From positions 11,431,950 through 11,495,949 of the forward strand of contig NC_134026.1 of assembly GCF_964204645.1 (NCBI RefSeq): DNA of 64,000 nt. Reading direction: 5' to 3'. Both the position numbers and the translations under genes were made by a program. Shown piece after piece: positions 41,801 to 51,776 of this stretch. Source of the DNA: Tubulanus polymorphus (lineage: Eukaryota; Animalia; Nemertea). How positions within the stretch are numbered: position 1 is the stretch's first letter; each line of letters opens with the position of its first letter. The notes beneath the pieces were generated by a model, which saw only the letters and a list, made by a program, of their open reading frames with translations, searched no databases and was not told where the DNA came from.

Positions 41801-44800
41801 AAAAACATTTCCATCCATGAAAATTTTGTACTGTTCGAATCACATAATATCGGATACGAAAGAGTGGTTACGTAGGCATGGTGCGGCAACAGATGAAATT
41901 AAAGTCTACGTTAAGGATATACATGATTTGCTTATGTCAGAAAGTCTGAACGAGCGATACAGCCGAAATAGCAAGTAAAAAGTGGTCAACAAGTTTTCAG
42001 GAGTACTTTGACCGCAATTTAAAAAATGACATCGAAACAAAAGCTGCTCGATTCGTAGTTGAACAGTCCAGTTTATATAGTAGCTACACTGGCGTTACAA
42101 ACAATGCATCTGAATCAGTAAATGCTTTGATGAAAAGATTGATGGATTAGAAGGAAGTACAGGTAGATAGTGCTCTACCTGCGCTTAATATGTTACAGAG
42201 GTATTTGATGAATGAGATTGCTCGTGGAAGGTGTGGTCTTGGCCAATTTACTCTACGGACGGAATTCAACAGCGCGAAACTAGATACTAGTGATTTGGAA
42301 TTTGTCACTTGCATTGATCCAGAAAGCATTGTGGAACATATAAAATCGGGGACAAATGAAATGCAGCAAACATTCGGTATCGATTTATCAAATAAAGTCG
42401 AGACTAAGAACTTAGAAAGAAAGGATTTAACACAGAAAGCAATGGCAAAAGAAGCCTGCCAGCAAGGTAGCGCACGGCTTTGTGCCGAGTCCAAGGCTTT
42501 CGTCGTAACAGGTAATGCTGGGACTAGATACGCCATAACATTAAATCCAAAGGAGAAGTGTCCAGCAACAGGCACTTGTTGGCATGTAATAGCTGCAAAG
42601 ATTAGTATTGGCGTAGAAATCGAAGATGCAAGAAAAGTGATAAATCTCACCCAATTGCGCAAAAACGCGAGAAAAAGAAAAGATAAAACATCGGGGAGAA
42701 AGAAACTGCGCGTTGGTGATCTAGATGTCACTGTCAATCCAGCACCCGATTCAGTACTCATGACATATGCAGAGGTCGAGAACAAAGATGAACGTCAACC
42801 AAAATAAACGTCATGTGCCGAAATAAAACCGCACGACCTTAATGACTAGATAATTCCGGAACCTGTATCCATTCTTATTAATGAAGAGACTCAACATTCG
42901 TTAAAACCAGTCCCTACCACACCAGAAAAAAAGAAAACTGTGATCGAGGAAACACCCAAATCAATCTTGAAGAGAAAGAAGTTGAGGAATTCAGATTTCG
43001 AAAATCCAAAGCCAGTGAAAAGAATGAAATTTGAGGATCCAAAATACGAATTTATTCCTCATGACTATTCAACCCCTTCAAATCGTAAATTGGACGACGA
43101 CACCAATATGAAGTTGATAGAATATATCAATGGAATCTCTATAAAAGTTATCCAAGAGCTACTTTTGGTAATCTATGATTCGAAATTTAGAATACCGAAA
43201 ACCGTCCATCAAATCAACCAGGAATCCGACAACTGTGCTTTATCATTTTTTCACAAAGTATCAACAGAAAATGAAGCAACTCTCGACTTCATAGCTCCAA
43301 CAATCATAAACAAATGTAAAAGTATTAAGCAAAACCCGAGTAAAAAGTGTGAGAAAATGATGTTACTGAGCTCGATCCTATTTGAAGCGTTCAAAAACGG
43401 TATCTTCCCAAAAGATATGATACAGACAATTAAAGAAATGCCAAATCACTTAGATGAACGATTTTGGAAAGCAAGAACGAAGAAACAAATTTCAGATTCC
43501 GAAACATTAAACGTCATGAACCGTACCCTTAGAAAAGAAGATATTGAATCGCTAGATGGATGGTGTAATGATTCAGTGAGTATACAATAATGGATAATAA
43601 CTTTTTTCGTCATTCCATGATTACAAAATTCATGAATTTTTGATTATAATGATACTTACGACGCTGAAATCTTTGCAGGTTATTCACTGTTACTTAGGAA
43701 TATTGTCGACACAAACGAAACCGTCAACATTCGTTATCCCTTCCTTCATATACCACCATTGGCTGAACGGCAATTTTACGACATGGTTATACCGAAAGGT
43801 ACTTATTCGAAAACGCATTGAACATCTCGTTTTATACAGACATGTACATTTACCGGCATTCACAAGCATACTTAATCCATTTCAGGCCCGATTTCATCAA
43901 ATGGATTACATTTTGCTGCCAATTTGTGTCAAAGAAAACCACTGGATTCTCGTAGTTGAAGATGTAAACACGAAAACACTCATGATTTTCAATTCTTTAC
44001 CCGCGTACAGCAAATTCATTCCTGATGTTGAGTTAATGTGGAAGTAAGTAATACGAGACCGTCCATTAAATTTTCATTACGCCATGGAGAATAGAAATTT
44101 CAGAAATATATTATTTCTCTTTTCAATTTCAGCGCATTTATGATGCAGCGTTCAAAATCGATTGGTAGCGATATCGAACTTCAGGATGGCTGGACTTTGG
44201 AGAGATGTGTACCACAATCGGTACAGGAAGTTGAAAATAGCTGCGGAATTTTTATTCTCATGGTATGTAGGCTTTGATAAACAAATGAAAACATTCTTTC
44301 TCTGAATTGATACTTTAATTGAATGATGCATTTTTCAGAACGCTGAAGCTATTCTAAATGGAACCTCACCGATTGTAATGAGGCAGTTTCATCTGAATAG
44401 ATATAGAAACTATATATACAACAAGCTGCTAGCGTCCGCGAAACCGAATAACGAAAGAGTTTGCGAACTTCCGTACTGCTCCGAAAAACGAAAGAAAGTA
44501 AAATGGATTTAATGCGAACATAATGACAGATGGAATCACTTCCAATGCGCGGGATTGATTGAACAAATGGCTGTAAATACTTACCTATGCATGTACTGTT
44601 GAAACAAAAGATGTTTCCTTTGAAGAAAAACGCAAAATTAAAGTCTATATTCTTGTTTATATACATTTAATAAAAACATATTATGAATGAAATCGTCTTT
44701 CATATTAAGAAGATTGGTATCGGTCGAAATAGGGAGCTGCAGTCATATATCATCGATTTGGTCGAACGTTCTGCAGAACAGAGTGTCGTCGATCCGGTCG

Positions 44801-47800
44801 AAAGTTCCACAGCAATAATGATGTTCACGTAGTTTAATTTGTTTTGTTTTTAAGCTTATGGTATCAAATCATTATATAGTAGTATTATTATAATAGCTTA
44901 TGGGAACTTTTGACTTGCCCACTAAAAAGTATTGGCTTTTGAGCACATTTGACCTAACCCAAACAAAAAGCACGTCTTTTGAGCACGTTTGACTTTGAGG
45001 ATATGGGGTTTCTCATACACTTCATTTCTACAGTGATCCAAACATCTGTGCACAGTGTCCGGGCGTACAATAACGCAAATTCCCGAGCATATGTGCAAAA
45101 AACACGCTTGGACGGGGATCGGGTTCGAAACTGGAATCGAACAGAAGAGACGAGTAAGGGCAAGTCAACATATGCTTCCCTGAAAGTTACATCTAAGTGT
45201 CAACCAATGGTGAGATCTCCCAAGAGCCGGAACTTTTTTTCGCTGTTTGAAGTTCGTTATGCGATGCACACAAGGTAAGTGATAGCAGGTATTGATGACT
45301 GCACAAACGTTTTAGCATATGAAATGTCTTGTTCCCTTTTTTATAGTGAGTTACGATGACGTGGCACCAGGGATTTCGCTATTGACCTTGACTTATACAC
45401 TGCAAGAGAAAAGTATTTTCCCGCCAGAAACAGTTTTTGAGAAATTCTAACGAAGCCAACAACAAGCCTGTTAATAAGCAGCCGGACACGGACATTGTCC
45501 GTTCATACAAAACATCGTTTTTGTCTGGTACCGATTGGTGCTCCAGGTCACGATGTCCGGGACATTTTTTATCATCGTTAAAGGTTGATTATTTAACATG
45601 TCTGCGGAAAAAAAGCCCTAGACGCTCAAGCCCGAGACCATAAAAAAGTGGTTATCGAACGATCTCGCTAAATCTGAGGCGAATATACGAAACCAAAGAA
45701 GACGACAGATCATTAGTGTCATAGTTAAATTGCAGATTTTGCACCCATTATAAAGCACATATTAAAACAATGAAAGACTTTTCCCCTGCCTGGATCAATG
45801 GGTCATCAAACCTGAGACTGTCTAATCCGAAAGATCACAGTACAAGATGTCATTTTATGCTCGAGATTCAGGCAGACAGGTGTAGTTCACTAGTTGTTAG
45901 GCCGGCAATTATGCAGTTTATCTTGTACTTAGAGTGTTAGTAAAGCAATCTTTAATCATTTAAAAATGGAGCAGAGCATAGCTAAGTTCAATTTGATGTC
46001 GTAACTGATAAATTAAGCATCTTTTTTCTAAGGTGAAAATAACTATTTTAACAAAAGATTTTGGCGTTTGAGAAAAAACATGCAGTTGATATCGAAGAAA
46101 GTTATACTAACAGGGTTCAGTGTGGCAAATTCATTGACTGTCATGCAGAAACTTCACTGGAAACCCTCAAATCTGACCTAAAAACTGTCGTTTTTTTGTG
46201 TGCTTACTGATGGCACTACCAATAAAAGTTTTGTTGTGAAAGAATGTATTTATGTATTCATTTTGATAAAAAAGATGTTAAACCAAAGTAAGTATTTCTG
46301 AACATGAAAAGTGGCTCCAACAATCAAATCGGCCAGTCAAGTTTTTCAGAGATCATAAGTATGGAAAAAGAAGACCTGTATAAAAAGTTGGTTGGCTATG
46401 GCGCAGATGGAGCCTAGGTAAATAGGCATTAAAAGATGCTATCCGTGGTTCCTATTTTAAGGAGGTTGATAATATGCTTCTACGGCTCTATTATTTGTAC
46501 CATAAATCCCCAAAGAAGTTATACGAACTAAAACAACTGGCATCTATGTAAGAAAATTCCTTTGAATTTGCTGAGGGTACTTTGAAACTGAAAATAGCAT
46601 GTGGAAATCGCTGGTTAGCCCATGAGCTAAATGCTCTTAGAGTAGTGTTTGACAAATTTGCTGATTGTACATTATGCACCTTGAAAACCTGTCTAGAGAA
46701 AGGGGTAATGACGATATAATTGGATATTCAAGGAAATGGAAAACTGCCAAACTGCTTATTAACATAGCATTTTTCATTGATATTTTGACCCCAGCGTCAG
46801 TATTTTCTATTTCCTTGCAAAGAGAAGGTATTGATGTGGTTCACTCACTTCATGCATTGAGGCGCACTCAGGGCAAATTGGACAGGCTTTTAAAAAGAGA
46901 TGTTGAAAATCAGACCATCATGAGATACTTACTTACTAAATTGGAAATAAATTGCCCATGGGCAGTGTGGTTTACCTTGAAAGCTAGAGGTTGTTTGGAG
47001 TAAGGGCATTGCTTGAAAAAATCTTTTTAATTCGTGACTTCAAAGTTCTAGAAGTTTATATTGTATTTTATCTTTCTTAAAGAATTATTTTGTAGTCAAA
47101 TAAGACCAAAGATAAACATTTGTTTATGGTCTACGTCCAAAATTTTGTACAGGTAGGCTCGGCATTGGAAACTATTTTATATTTTCAAAAAAATATTTTT
47201 CACAATATGAAAAAATATTCAAATAAAATTCATATGATGTCACATATCAGAGGGTGGCTGAATATTGAGTCTTGGAAACGAAACCTCTTCCAATGTATGG
47301 CCGCGGAACACCGGGGTGTAGTATTAGATCGTTTTAAATCCTGGAATTTACAACTACAATATTCAGACCTCGACCTATACCTATAGTTTGCTGCTTAGTA
47401 TTTTCAGGTCACAAGAAATTACAATTTATTACAAATTCTATCAAACAGAAAACACAGCGCTCATCTTCTGCTACGACGATTATTCAGCCTGTTATCATAC
47501 CAAACGTGCAACCAATCGCATCGATTATACGTCGTTTAACCCGAGAACCAATGAAAAAAATGCTCACATAAAAAAACGTACCGCGATTTTACATGAATTG
47601 GCTCAATGCCAACCTCATACTGCTGACAAAGGTAAACCAAAAAAGGCGATGAGGTAATCTATCAGGGTGTAAAATTAATCAACCACAGTTGATTCAGCTC
47701 TCCAAGGTCCATGAAAGGTGGTATAGTTAATTCAGAGGTGAAATGCATCACTGACCGCATGCAGCCAGAGAATGCTATTTTGAAATAAAGGTCCAATGGC

Positions 47801-50800
47801 CCTGTCGCTCATCATCAAATCATTGAGTGTATATTGTCAAAAATATTATACTGAGAATTAATTTGGATTGCAATCGAATGTAGAATAGATTACCGAATTA
47901 AAACCATCATCTGACGATATGCTGAACAAACTCTTCAAACAACAATCTTTTATTCTAAAATCTAATCAATTCATTAATTCTTAGCCTCTAGTTACATGAT
48001 TAATGCATACATGATACAAGATACTAGCAATTTCCTGATTTTATCATCCTTGAATTAAATTAAAAAACGCGCACGACGCACGTATCCTCTGTGTTTATTT
48101 TTTTTAACAGCACGCGTGTAAAAACTATACTCTACATTCTATATTGATCGCTTCGGACGGATTTCCGTAGTACGATAACAATATATATGTGTGTAGACTA
48201 AATCACTGGTGAAAAAACTGACTGTTGATTGGATGAATAGCTGAGAACATTCCACTGCCCGCTTTTGTCTACAGACTACTTAGTCCATTATAAATTTATC
48301 ATCGCTCACAATTCTCTACCTAACAACGTACTAAAATTTAATAGAGTAGAGCAGTAGGTTCATAAAAAAAGCCAGATGGCGACAGCTGCGCTTAAACCGT
48401 ACGGGTTAGCAGGTCTTTAAGGCATTGAAAAGACAAATCTAAGCCAACACTCCATTGGTATCGTCATACTTGCTAGTTTGGATACTGAATTGAAGAGCTT
48501 ACTCAGTTACATTCGTAACACCGAACAAATTATAAGCGAACATACAATACCTAGACGTATGAAACGCTTGCCATTTTGTTTTGGGTTCCAAATTGGCTTT
48601 TCCCAATGGGCTTTCCCAATTACATCAGAAGTGCCGAAATTCCCGGAATTCCCACAAACAGCCAATCACATTCATTGTAGCTCAGGTAACGAGGTCAACT
48701 CAAATAAATAGAAGCGAGAAAATTTAGGGCGTTAATAAAGTGAGGGCCTGTAGGTCGAAAAGTACATTGAGATGAGTCGCACAAAAAATGGCAACACTTC
48801 CAGGAAGGATTGAACTTCTATTTATTTCAATTCCAGGTATGCAAATTGTCATATGTAAAATTGACCATTACTTAGTGCTAAAAAGCAGGGATTTTACCTG
48901 TTTTTCAAGAATAAGTCCCCTGAAAATAACTAGATCACTATGAAAATTTCGTGGGCTCAAGAACTCGTTAAGCCAAACCATGACACCAAAAATCAGCAAT
49001 ATTTCAATGGAAACTGCTTCACCAGACCGTTTGCATAGGCAAACCTATGGTTCGCCAAAAATTGAATTAGTTCTTAATATATGTACTGGAATTCGAAAAA
49101 TTCAAGCGGAAAAGAAAATTGAGCAAAGTAGAGACGATGAATCTGGTGATGAATTAGATTATGGAGAAAGTTTTGCAGATTCTGAAATCAGTAATTTGTT
49201 TACCCATTTTGAGACATGTTTAGCTCTTGAGTGTACTTGTACCACTATATCGGAAGATTTGCATGATTTAGCAGGTCACGCATTGGTGTTTCTTGCACCT
49301 GAACAGAGTAATTACATAGAAACATGGAAATTGATCTTCCAATCATCCCGCTCTGAGGAGAGATGGAAAAATATCCTAATGCTGATTGAGCTTCCCTTAA
49401 CCATTCCAGCCAGCAATGCAAAACTAGAAAGAATGTTTTCTAAGCTAAAAAGAGTGAAAAGTGACTATAGATGCGCACTGGGCAAAATGAGGGTGACAAA
49501 TCTATTATGAATTGTGGAGGAGGGGCCAGATTTAAATTCAATCAATTCAGGTGATGTTGTTACTAAATGGTATATGAAGAAAACTAGGAGACCAAATCGT
49601 AAAACCACTCTGACAGGCAAGAGAAAAATGTATGATAGTAGTAAGAGAAAAAAGGTAAAATATTACAATGTCAATCATAATGTATCATCTGATGATGATT
49701 TGGACAGTAATTCAGCAGCAGAGTCTTCCCAGTCACTGTCAGCAGATGAGGATACCCAGGTTGACGATGAGCAGAATTATGAGCACTGGTGGTATGAAAA
49801 TATAGAGGCTTCTAGCAGTGACATTGACAGTTTTGAAGGATTTGATTAAGCCAACATCACCTGATTTGACATCCCCACTCAGCAATATTCTTGGAGGATG
49901 CAATTAACTTGATCTGAAGTATGGTTAGGTAAGAAGACATACTGTAGCTCTCTGCTGACTGGTTAGGCTAAGGCCTAAGATTTTGTACAGTCAAAAATTA
50001 AGGTAAGACTCATTTACCATGCAATTATAATGTTATTTTTGTTATATTTTATAGAAATAGTTTTGTTTCATTGTTTTATGTTGATAAGAAGTTTGGTTAT
50101 TAAAAAGTTAATTTTGATAATGATAATTTTGCAATTTAATATATTATTCTTTGTCTTTTTTCTTCGTATTTCAAAATGTCAGGCACAAAATCAAAATGTC
50201 AGGCACCAAACGGTTGGTGCCTGACATTTGTCAGTCACGGAGAAATCCTTATTAACAGGCTTGCAACGAGGTTTTACATGTATTCAATCGCATCAATTAT
50301 ACGCCGAGAACTAATGAAACAAATGCTCACATATAAAGACGTACCGAGATTTTACAAAATTGGCTCAATGCAAACTATTCTTTTTTTCAGGGTTGTATTG
50401 GTGAAAAAAACCCGTAACAATGTTCTAAAAGAGAACACCATTTTTCCCATGATTTTACAGACCAGTAAAGGAAAATCAGCTGCGTACGAACCATGATCAG
50501 AATGACCTGTAAACATAGGCTTTAGTTTCGGCATATATTCTTGATAACCGGCAGTGAATAAAACATAACACTAACGAACTAACATTAATAGTATCGAGCA
50601 AGCATTGGGAGCAGGGTATAGATTAATACCAATCCAACATAAAACTCAGGAGATTCGAATCCCACCAAAGACGATTGAAAGTTAATTGAACTAAAATAGT
50701 ATCGCGTCATAATATCAGATCCAGTGGCTTCTGTTTTGGAGTTGACTACGAGTGTATGCACGTTTTAAGAATACTATGCAAACAACGCAAAATAAAGCCA

Positions 50801-51776
50801 TGAACACTGATTTTCTTTTATTTCAATGTATGTTCCATTGAAAATACGAAATATCACTCTCTGATCAAATATCTGAATAATGAAATGAAGCTGTTATGAA
50901 ATAATTTCGCGGCTCAAAAAACGCTATTAAAGGTTTTTGGTTTTATGTACATAAGTACAGGATCGCACTACTTTCTTTATTGATTTTAGAGAGACACGAT
51001 TTTTCGAGTCAAATTATTAGCATCGGTGACCTAGTCACTAAAGCTGACAATTTGGAGAAATGTATTGGACAAGTAACAAACAATTGATAAACCCTAAATC
51101 TACTAAGTCTAAAAATGGCAATAAAAGATAATCAATGCTAAGTTTGGTTCAGTTAAAAAAACGTAAATTTCAAAAACAATGGGGAAAGGATGAGGTATGG
51201 GGAAAGGATCCGCAACCTCCCACCCGTAAGAAGCTCATAATTTTGGCCAGACTAATGTGTAACAGGAAAATCCATTCTAAAATACGTACCTGGAAGAGGT
51301 TTGTAGAATTTATCATAAATCAACAGCAAATCCATTAAACAGTTATGCCCAACAAGTGGCTGTAAGACAGATAGGTAACCAAGAGAAACTTTACGTGACA
51401 AAACGAAACTAAAGTTAGCATTATCTTCCCAATCCGAGATACCTTTTTGGCTTGAATCATTCCTCTAATGATTTTAGTTACACCTAAAATTCTATTCAAT
51501 ATCCTGTAAATCACACAACAAAATAAAGTTAAAAACAATTTTTCTTATGAGGATTTTCGTATATGCATACATAACAATTGCATTTGAAAGACACAAGGTA
51601 ATATTCAAGCTCTTACTTATTTTGTTCATCAACTTCCTTGGTTTTCTCCTGGCTCTCAAATTTATTTCGGTCTTCTTCTTTTATTTTTTCAACAAAAACT
51701 TTTTCGTCATGAATACTTGGCCAAATATCATTAAATCTCTGTCTGATTTCACCAATAAGGACATATTCTGATAAAC
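2592..51776 (-). CDS. PNLDC1: PNLDC1/PARN-like poly(A)-specific ribonuclease (piRNA Trimmer-like), 3' part of a spliced host gene. Exons: 51617-51776, 51443-51503, 51290-51359, 32182-32267, 13144-13208, 12668-12735, 11836-11889, 11703-11744, 9959-10058, 9784-9873, 9386-9474, 9197-9295, plus terminal coding exon 2592-2658
   Basis: Hand-spliced GT-AG exons with compatible phases (one exception, 11703 to 10058) give ...ILNRILGVTKIIRGMIQAKK|PLVGHNCLMDLLLIYDKFYKPLP|ESYEDFKYEFHSMFPAVYDTKH...|...CPHEAGYDSYMAGV|VFLQVCHL...|...FKKYLSRMKPFCNKINVIRAAVNSI|ALSQQDPISIRPEW...|...IGAITSGVLVTSALISCLMDS*. VGHN, DTK and HEAGYD are CAF1/DEDDh motifs. The C-terminal hydrophobic tail favours PNLDC1 over PARN. Confidence 0.9.
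3237..4400 (+). repeat. 24-bp minisatellite (tagactgttaaaatgttaaattgt)n
   Basis: Visible tandem array of roughly 45-50 units. Confidence 0.95.
4401..4488. repeat. Perfect 41-bp-arm hairpin
   Basis: 4401-4441 is the exact reverse complement of 4448-4488; spacer aggcca. Confidence 0.95.
4981..5199 (-). CDS. Small virus-like single-pass membrane protein (72 aa)
   Basis: Intronless AT-rich ORF with hydrophobic segment YLVAGGLILAALYLYY and a basic tail, inside the virus-like segment. Confidence 0.4.
   Translation of the reverse strand: MDGFIPTGKSDLKHYLVAGGLILAALYLYYENISKDLMNENMKLSKKLKKLNTKNRNNHKNGNNHKKVVESD
5325..5640 (-). repeat. Inverted copy of the 24-bp minisatellite
   Basis: (acaatttaacattttaacagtcta)n is the reverse complement of the 3237-4400 unit. 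Confidence 0.95.
5720..6361 (-). CDS. Virus-like 213-aa protein with a C-terminal CxC..HxxxxxH zinc finger
   Basis: Intronless, N/I/K-rich. Ends CYCGGKYSKSHISKHYQTIKHK, a finger type common in Polinton and large DNA virus ORFs. Three tandem IxIQCDLEN-type repeats. Confidence 0.55.
   Translation of the reverse strand: MKEEMEFKIEINEFNELFSLFNIKNCISAKNLAYGRQYKIDNITVINQILLNETYLITELIDTLDNGAKNPKIFNTVLNYKGNLDENIINILKFPFNERESDIILSKGNDRIDLRIEKRQLYYCNFDNKQIIYNENTSNIEIQCDLENNNSFKDIAIQCDLENSKSFKDIAIPCDLENEFKRFNPNEKIHCYCGGKYSKSHISKHYQTIKHKN
6375..6530. repeat. Short tandem repeat upstream of the zinc-finger ORF
   Basis: Repeated ttttactcacacttttaatattgaaaatctaaatta, about four copies, with ttactcacact duplications. 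Confidence 0.85.
9197..13208 (-). CDS. PNLDC1: PNLDC1-like exon cluster (eight exons) including the HEAGYD ExoIII motif and an RRM-like region
   Basis: Exon 11836-11889 reads DGHCPHEAGYDSYMAGV. Flanking exons have canonical splice sites and motif order matching PNLDC1. Confidence 0.88.
11120..11290 (+). pseudogene. hAT transposase TTF-type zinc-finger fragment
   Basis: Reads GPNQLESHDFLMKGFGKKNGTKAFQPNSFEN*QWLHYDENKGMTFRYYC, resembling the P.QP..FP..FG..R.FQ..WF..WLHY...FC..C pattern. Confidence 0.5.
14079..14680 (+). pseudogene. Decayed genes of a second, GC-richer Polinton-like family
   Basis: MATAAVIISNAIANAAAFTGGQAIY...PLLGDFYTPSDAQ..AFILG...YKY resembles PKLSDYYTPSIEQKKYE..YKF at 39.9 kb. 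FLLRKAEKVVGFVAENLVLVII (about 14590-14660) resembles the C-terminus of the 26762-27601 protein. Confidence 0.55.
16105..16829. repeat. Long fold-back inverted duplication (302-bp arms)
   Basis: 16105-16406 is the reverse complement of 16528-16829 (identical MESEQAQ... N-termini on both strands); imperfect pairing continues inward to about 16431/16503. Confidence 0.95.
16638..17323 (+). pseudogene. Large-DNA-virus-type HNH endonuclease (one frameshift near 17060)
   Basis: N-terminal K..KC...K...EYYK...RD....CKSC, NPEK repeats, then LGCS..FLKSWI.YQF...MN.NNYG..FQIDHVLPVSKF...NWKNLRLL....IRKGNK. This matches the HNH family seen in nucleocytoviruses and phages. Confidence 0.75.
18201..18246. repeat. 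Short stem-loop, probably the end of a non-autonomous element
   Basis: agaacaat..aaagcggtcct-gt-aggaccgcttt..attgttct. Confidence 0.6.
18647..22034 (+). mobile_element. Helentron-like non-autonomous element (HINE-type) containing a satellite array
   Basis: 5' attagggttttctg..cagaaaaccct head plus (att)n; 3' subterminal cagaaaaccc (21999-22008), then hairpin gctgc-ttt-gcagc and tatattt. The same 3' end occurs inverted at about 35170-35230. Confidence 0.7.
19680..21660 (+). repeat. 31-bp satellite (ttttggttttatcgcccgcgacaattcatta)n
   Basis: Visible tandem array of about 60 units with higher-order duplications; it explains the overlapping ORFs in all three + frames. Confidence 0.97.
22263..22892 (-). 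pseudogene. Polinton A32/FtsK-like packaging ATPase
   Basis: Walker A ITGVTNCGKT; Walker B NTLFIIDD and SGRH in a shifted frame at about 22525-22630. Confidence 0.85.
22907..23972 (-). pseudogene. Polinton retroviral-like (rve) integrase with C-terminal chromodomain
   Basis: YYNP, QQWQADLIDM, FSRYAW, EGKEF, IERFNKTLK, YNNSKHSSIGMKP and FYEQEL, then YKIEKVLK..KYKGYDDKFN. Stops and frameshifts present. Confidence 0.9.
24070..24480 (-). repeat. Dispersed repeat inserted in the Polinton
   Basis: Reverse-complement similarity to 30570-31490 (e.g. gggaggaccacagactta, caatcaagatttggatacaaaa). Confidence 0.7.
24560..24900 (-). pseudogene. Conserved Polinton hypothetical protein fragment
   Basis: Across frameshifts reads KEKVIKYFKIYEE...PIDDENKLYTDLKND...GGIMTLIS; collinear within the cluster. 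Confidence 0.4.
25610..26735 (-). pseudogene. Polinton major capsid protein (double jelly-roll, inferred)
   Basis: MSGSYINP..IITHNPSNINPDETLYVRIP...YKDLW...QGIQ...YKIPLDF...NINFPRRSIKGIL...YNPEISKVEITIEG...DLRSTEDNLLHGSG; these motifs are recalled from capsid genes of invertebrate Polintons. About 370 codons with frameshifts. Confidence 0.75.
26762..27601 (-). pseudogene. Polinton coiled-coil/transmembrane protein
   Basis: SLKDRIRLLFKLEGITILSILT..., Pro-rich linker, KSAAALPGVI..IVGFVLKSAGNILNFAAEH; recurrent ORF type in invertebrate Polintons. Confidence 0.6.
27620..28374 (-). pseudogene. Conserved Polinton protein (WQNQLNFA family), possibly structural
   Basis: AFQYN...WQNQLNFAVYYATTGYGIS...FRFHTYFQIRITLNELECPLP; lies next to the capsid module. 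Confidence 0.6.
28380..28800 (-). pseudogene. Polinton small two-TM protein
   Basis: Basic KKKYLKSK followed by two hydrophobic helices; a homologous copy lies on + at about 40050-40350. Confidence 0.55.
28805..28935 (-). pseudogene. Protein-primed family B DNA polymerase fragment
   Basis: FDFSNYPKDHELFNNCNKKVPSKLKDELGGEEMIEFIGIRSK matches the Polinton pPolB motif FDxSNYPxxH..NKKV.GKxKDE..G..I.EF.GLRSK. Confidence 0.85.
28970..30510 (+). mobile_element. Penelope-like retroelement (RT + GIY-YIG), 5'-truncated and decayed
   Basis: SFDVESLFTNVP, QVDGVTTGSPLGP, YLDDIF and LPFLD, then VIYKFNC..SYIGKTKRHLAIRIKEH..REALFIK..PSLN. Confidence 0.93.
30428..30470 (+). ncRNA. Minimal hammerhead ribozyme-like motif in the Penelope 3' end
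   Basis: CTGATGA-G-[ggga tatga tccc]-GAAA-acgtgt-TA; core boxes and stem II intact, stem I poorly paired. Confidence 0.55.
30570..31490 (+). repeat. Dispersed repeat with an internal tandem duplication of about 325 bp
   Basis: About 30722-31045 and 31050-31372 are near-identical; related to the inverted copy at 24070-24480. Confidence 0.85.
32182..32267 (-). CDS. PNLDC1: Isolated PNLDC1-like exon (ESYEDFKYEFHSMFPAVYDTKHISFTLRK)
   Basis: 86-nt exon with cag| and |gtaac borders; its phases match both neighbours, each about 19 kb away; carries the DTK motif. Confidence 0.9.
32777..32910. repeat. (taaa)n/(ta)n microsatellite plus a short direct duplication
   Basis: (taaa)n, then tatatatataatgacctgagatctgactcatcgaaaaagta twice. 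Confidence 0.9.
33755..35015 (+). mobile_element. Helentron-like repeat with four tandem palindromic heads
   Basis: Four agggttttctg..cagaaaaccct-type units at 33757-33955. Segments 34330-34580 and 34880-35010 recur at 47175-47645 and 50285-50370. Confidence 0.6.
36199..37510 (-). mobile_element. 5'-truncated L2/CR1-group LINE (reverse transcriptase C-terminal part)
   Basis: QSAYKRNHSTETA, LLDLSAAFDTVDH, GVPQGSVLGPLLF, FADD, RNLGV, SRLDYCN and LHWLPV; (atcct)n 3' tail at about 36200-36217; frame is open. Confidence 0.95.
38289..39765 (+). mobile_element. Heavily decayed Gypsy-like LTR retrotransposon internal region
   Basis: PBS-like tggcgccca at 38289; RT start motifs SPYSSPVVLVPKK and KDRYTLPR at about 39640-39760. 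Confidence 0.6.
39765..40430 (+). mobile_element. Rearranged Polinton fragment
   Basis: Contains EPKLSDYYTPSIEQKKYEIILILGGILVVLFLAYKF and partly duplicated copies of the 28380-28800 gene; ends in a motif similar to 16503-16543. Confidence 0.75.
40488..44450 (+). pseudogene. Mutator-like (MULE) transposase with SWIM finger and Ulp1/C48 protease region, spliced and decayed
   Basis: WRCDGYRW; SYETTF..DFYVS..FRH..IHERK; LDRE; YCSNH; TNNASES; CPATGTCWH. Downstream exons read GWCNDS|VI, ENHWIL..FNSL and Q....NSCGIF. Confidence 0.8.
45700..49849 (+). pseudogene. hAT (ZNF862-like) transposase relic interrupted by insertions at about 47000-49100
   Basis: LTDGTT, LVGYGADGA, YHKSPKK, GNRWLAH and PASNAKLERMFSKLKRVK; multiple stops. 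Confidence 0.8.
51290..51776 (-). CDS. PNLDC1: PNLDC1-like exon cluster (three exons) including the VGHN ExoII motif
   Basis: Exons 51617-51776, 51443-51503 and 51290-51359 have canonical ag/gt borders and join in frame to give KKPLVGHNCLMDLLLIYDKFYKPLP. Confidence 0.92.

Noticed and set aside
42147-42785. 212-aa minus-strand ORF
   Set aside because: Antisense shadow of the MULE transposase frame.
45368-50251. TIR pair for the first hAT relic (cagggatttc / gaaatcctta)
   Set aside because: Short, imperfect and without a matching 8-bp TSD.
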